Under the pieces are notes generated by a model. The model had not been told where the DNA came from. It searched no databases and was given only the letters and a program-made list of their open reading frames with translations. Made by a program: the position numbers and the translations under genes. Positions 34,309 through 35,007 of a stretch of DNA of 35,007 nt are shown here, piece after piece. The stretch lies in IMG/VR virus record IMGVR_UViG_3300025466_000107, positions 1 through 35,007 of that record. One strand, written 5' to 3'. Each line of letters starts with the position of its first letter. Positions within the stretch are counted from its first letter, which is position 1. Source of the stretch: a virus. Lineage: Duplodnaviria > Caudoviricetes.

Positions 34309-34929
34309 ATGGGCAGAACCACCAGTGAAGAGTACTTGGCCAAGCTTGAGGAGCTTGAGTCGAGCGATGAAAATTCGGGCGAGGGGGAGATGAGCGAAGC
34401 GGAGCGGTTAGCCATGCTCGCAGATAAACCAAAGGTAAGGAGAGACGGCCAAGTAGTGGGATCAATGCATAAGAGGGAAAGGCCATTGTCGGCATCCCAA
34501 GTGGCCTTTGCGAACTGTCTTATTAGAGGGGCAACCCTCAAGGTTGCCTACAGAGAGGCTTATCCTAATTCAAAGGCTAACGATGCTTGCGTCATGTCCA
34601 ATGCGTCCAAGCTTGCAAAGGATATTAGGATTAAACGGCTAGTGAATGATGGGGTTGAAGAGACCATCGAACACTTAAGTGAGGATGTGGCGGGGACAAA
34701 GCGATATGTGTTGAAACAACTGTTGGCACATAGTAAAGAGGCCAAGCAGGAAGGAACCAAATTAAAAGCACTGGAACTACTCGGCAAGTCTGTCGGCCTC
34801 TTCATTGACAAGACGCAGACTGAGGTCAAGCAGGCAACACCTGACGAACTCAAGCGAGAGCTAGCCACTCACTTAAAGCTACTCAACAACGTGCGTCCTC
34901 TGCCTGCTACGGTCATCAAGGCCGTGTAA
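34309..34929 (+). CDS. terS: Terminase small subunit
   Basis: LSASQVAFANCL...AYREAY...ASKL..IRI HTH-like region and KALELLGKSVGLF motif typical of TerS; GGGGAG SD. Confidence 0.75.
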   Translation: MGRTTSEEYLAKLEELESSDENSGEGEMSEAERLAMLADKPKVRRDGQVVGSMHKRERPLSASQVAFANCLIRGATLKVAYREAYPNSKANDACVMSNASKLAKDIRIKRLVNDGVEETIEHLSEDVAGTKRYVLKQLLAHSKEAKQEGTKLKALELLGKSVGLFIDKTQTEVKQATPDELKRELATHLKLLNNVRPLPATVIKAV

Positions 34930-34963
34930 ACGCAGGCGTGTAAACGGGTTGCACGTGTAAACG
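34923..34963. repeat. Three direct copies of CGTGTAAACG
   Basis: Exact 10-mers at 34923, 34937 and 34954; the first overlaps the terS stop codon. Confidence 0.9.
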
Positions 34964-35007
34964 GGGCGTGGCCGTGACCCACTGCCCCCCAACCCCCCTC
35001 CCTGGGC

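Noticed and set aside
1-35007. Genome-wide amber (TAG) recoding
   Set aside because: Long genes are intact in the standard code, TAG terminates the giant gene and the primase-helicase at sensible positions, and no suppressor tRNA was seen

Overview
About 35 kb of a tailed dsDNA phage genome with podovirus-like architecture. It probably infects a proteobacterium (sigma70 promoters, DnaA boxes); the host is an inference. From 1 to 17.2 kb (+) lies the end of the late operon: a GH19 endolysin fragment, a tail/stabilisation protein, three low-complexity ejection-type proteins and a 3026-aa polyvalent protein (HExxH peptidase, HhH-glycosylase-like, ART-like and LPD38-like segments). From 17.2 to 24.7 kb (-) is a tightly coupled operon with a Cas4-like nuclease, a Sak-like annealing protein, an SSB-like protein, about 20 small ORFs (many sharing repeated N/C-terminal modules) and an RNAP alpha-CTD-like protein. 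From 24.7 to 28.3 kb (+) are RusA, a highly structured 700-bp non-coding region (including a C4/CI-like RNA fold), an HNH protein and a Twinkle/T7-gp4-like primase-helicase. From 28.4 to 33.7 kb (-) is an early operon with a SprT-like protease, a MoxR/CobS AAA+ ATPase and a CobT-like vWA protein. From 34.1 to 35 kb are a DnaA-box cluster and the terminase small subunit. The strongest unexplained signal is the palindrome (Y)GTTTAAAC(R): at least 38 exact copies by hand count, with triplet clusters after the helicase and after terS. All product calls come from recognising motifs by eye; no database search was run.
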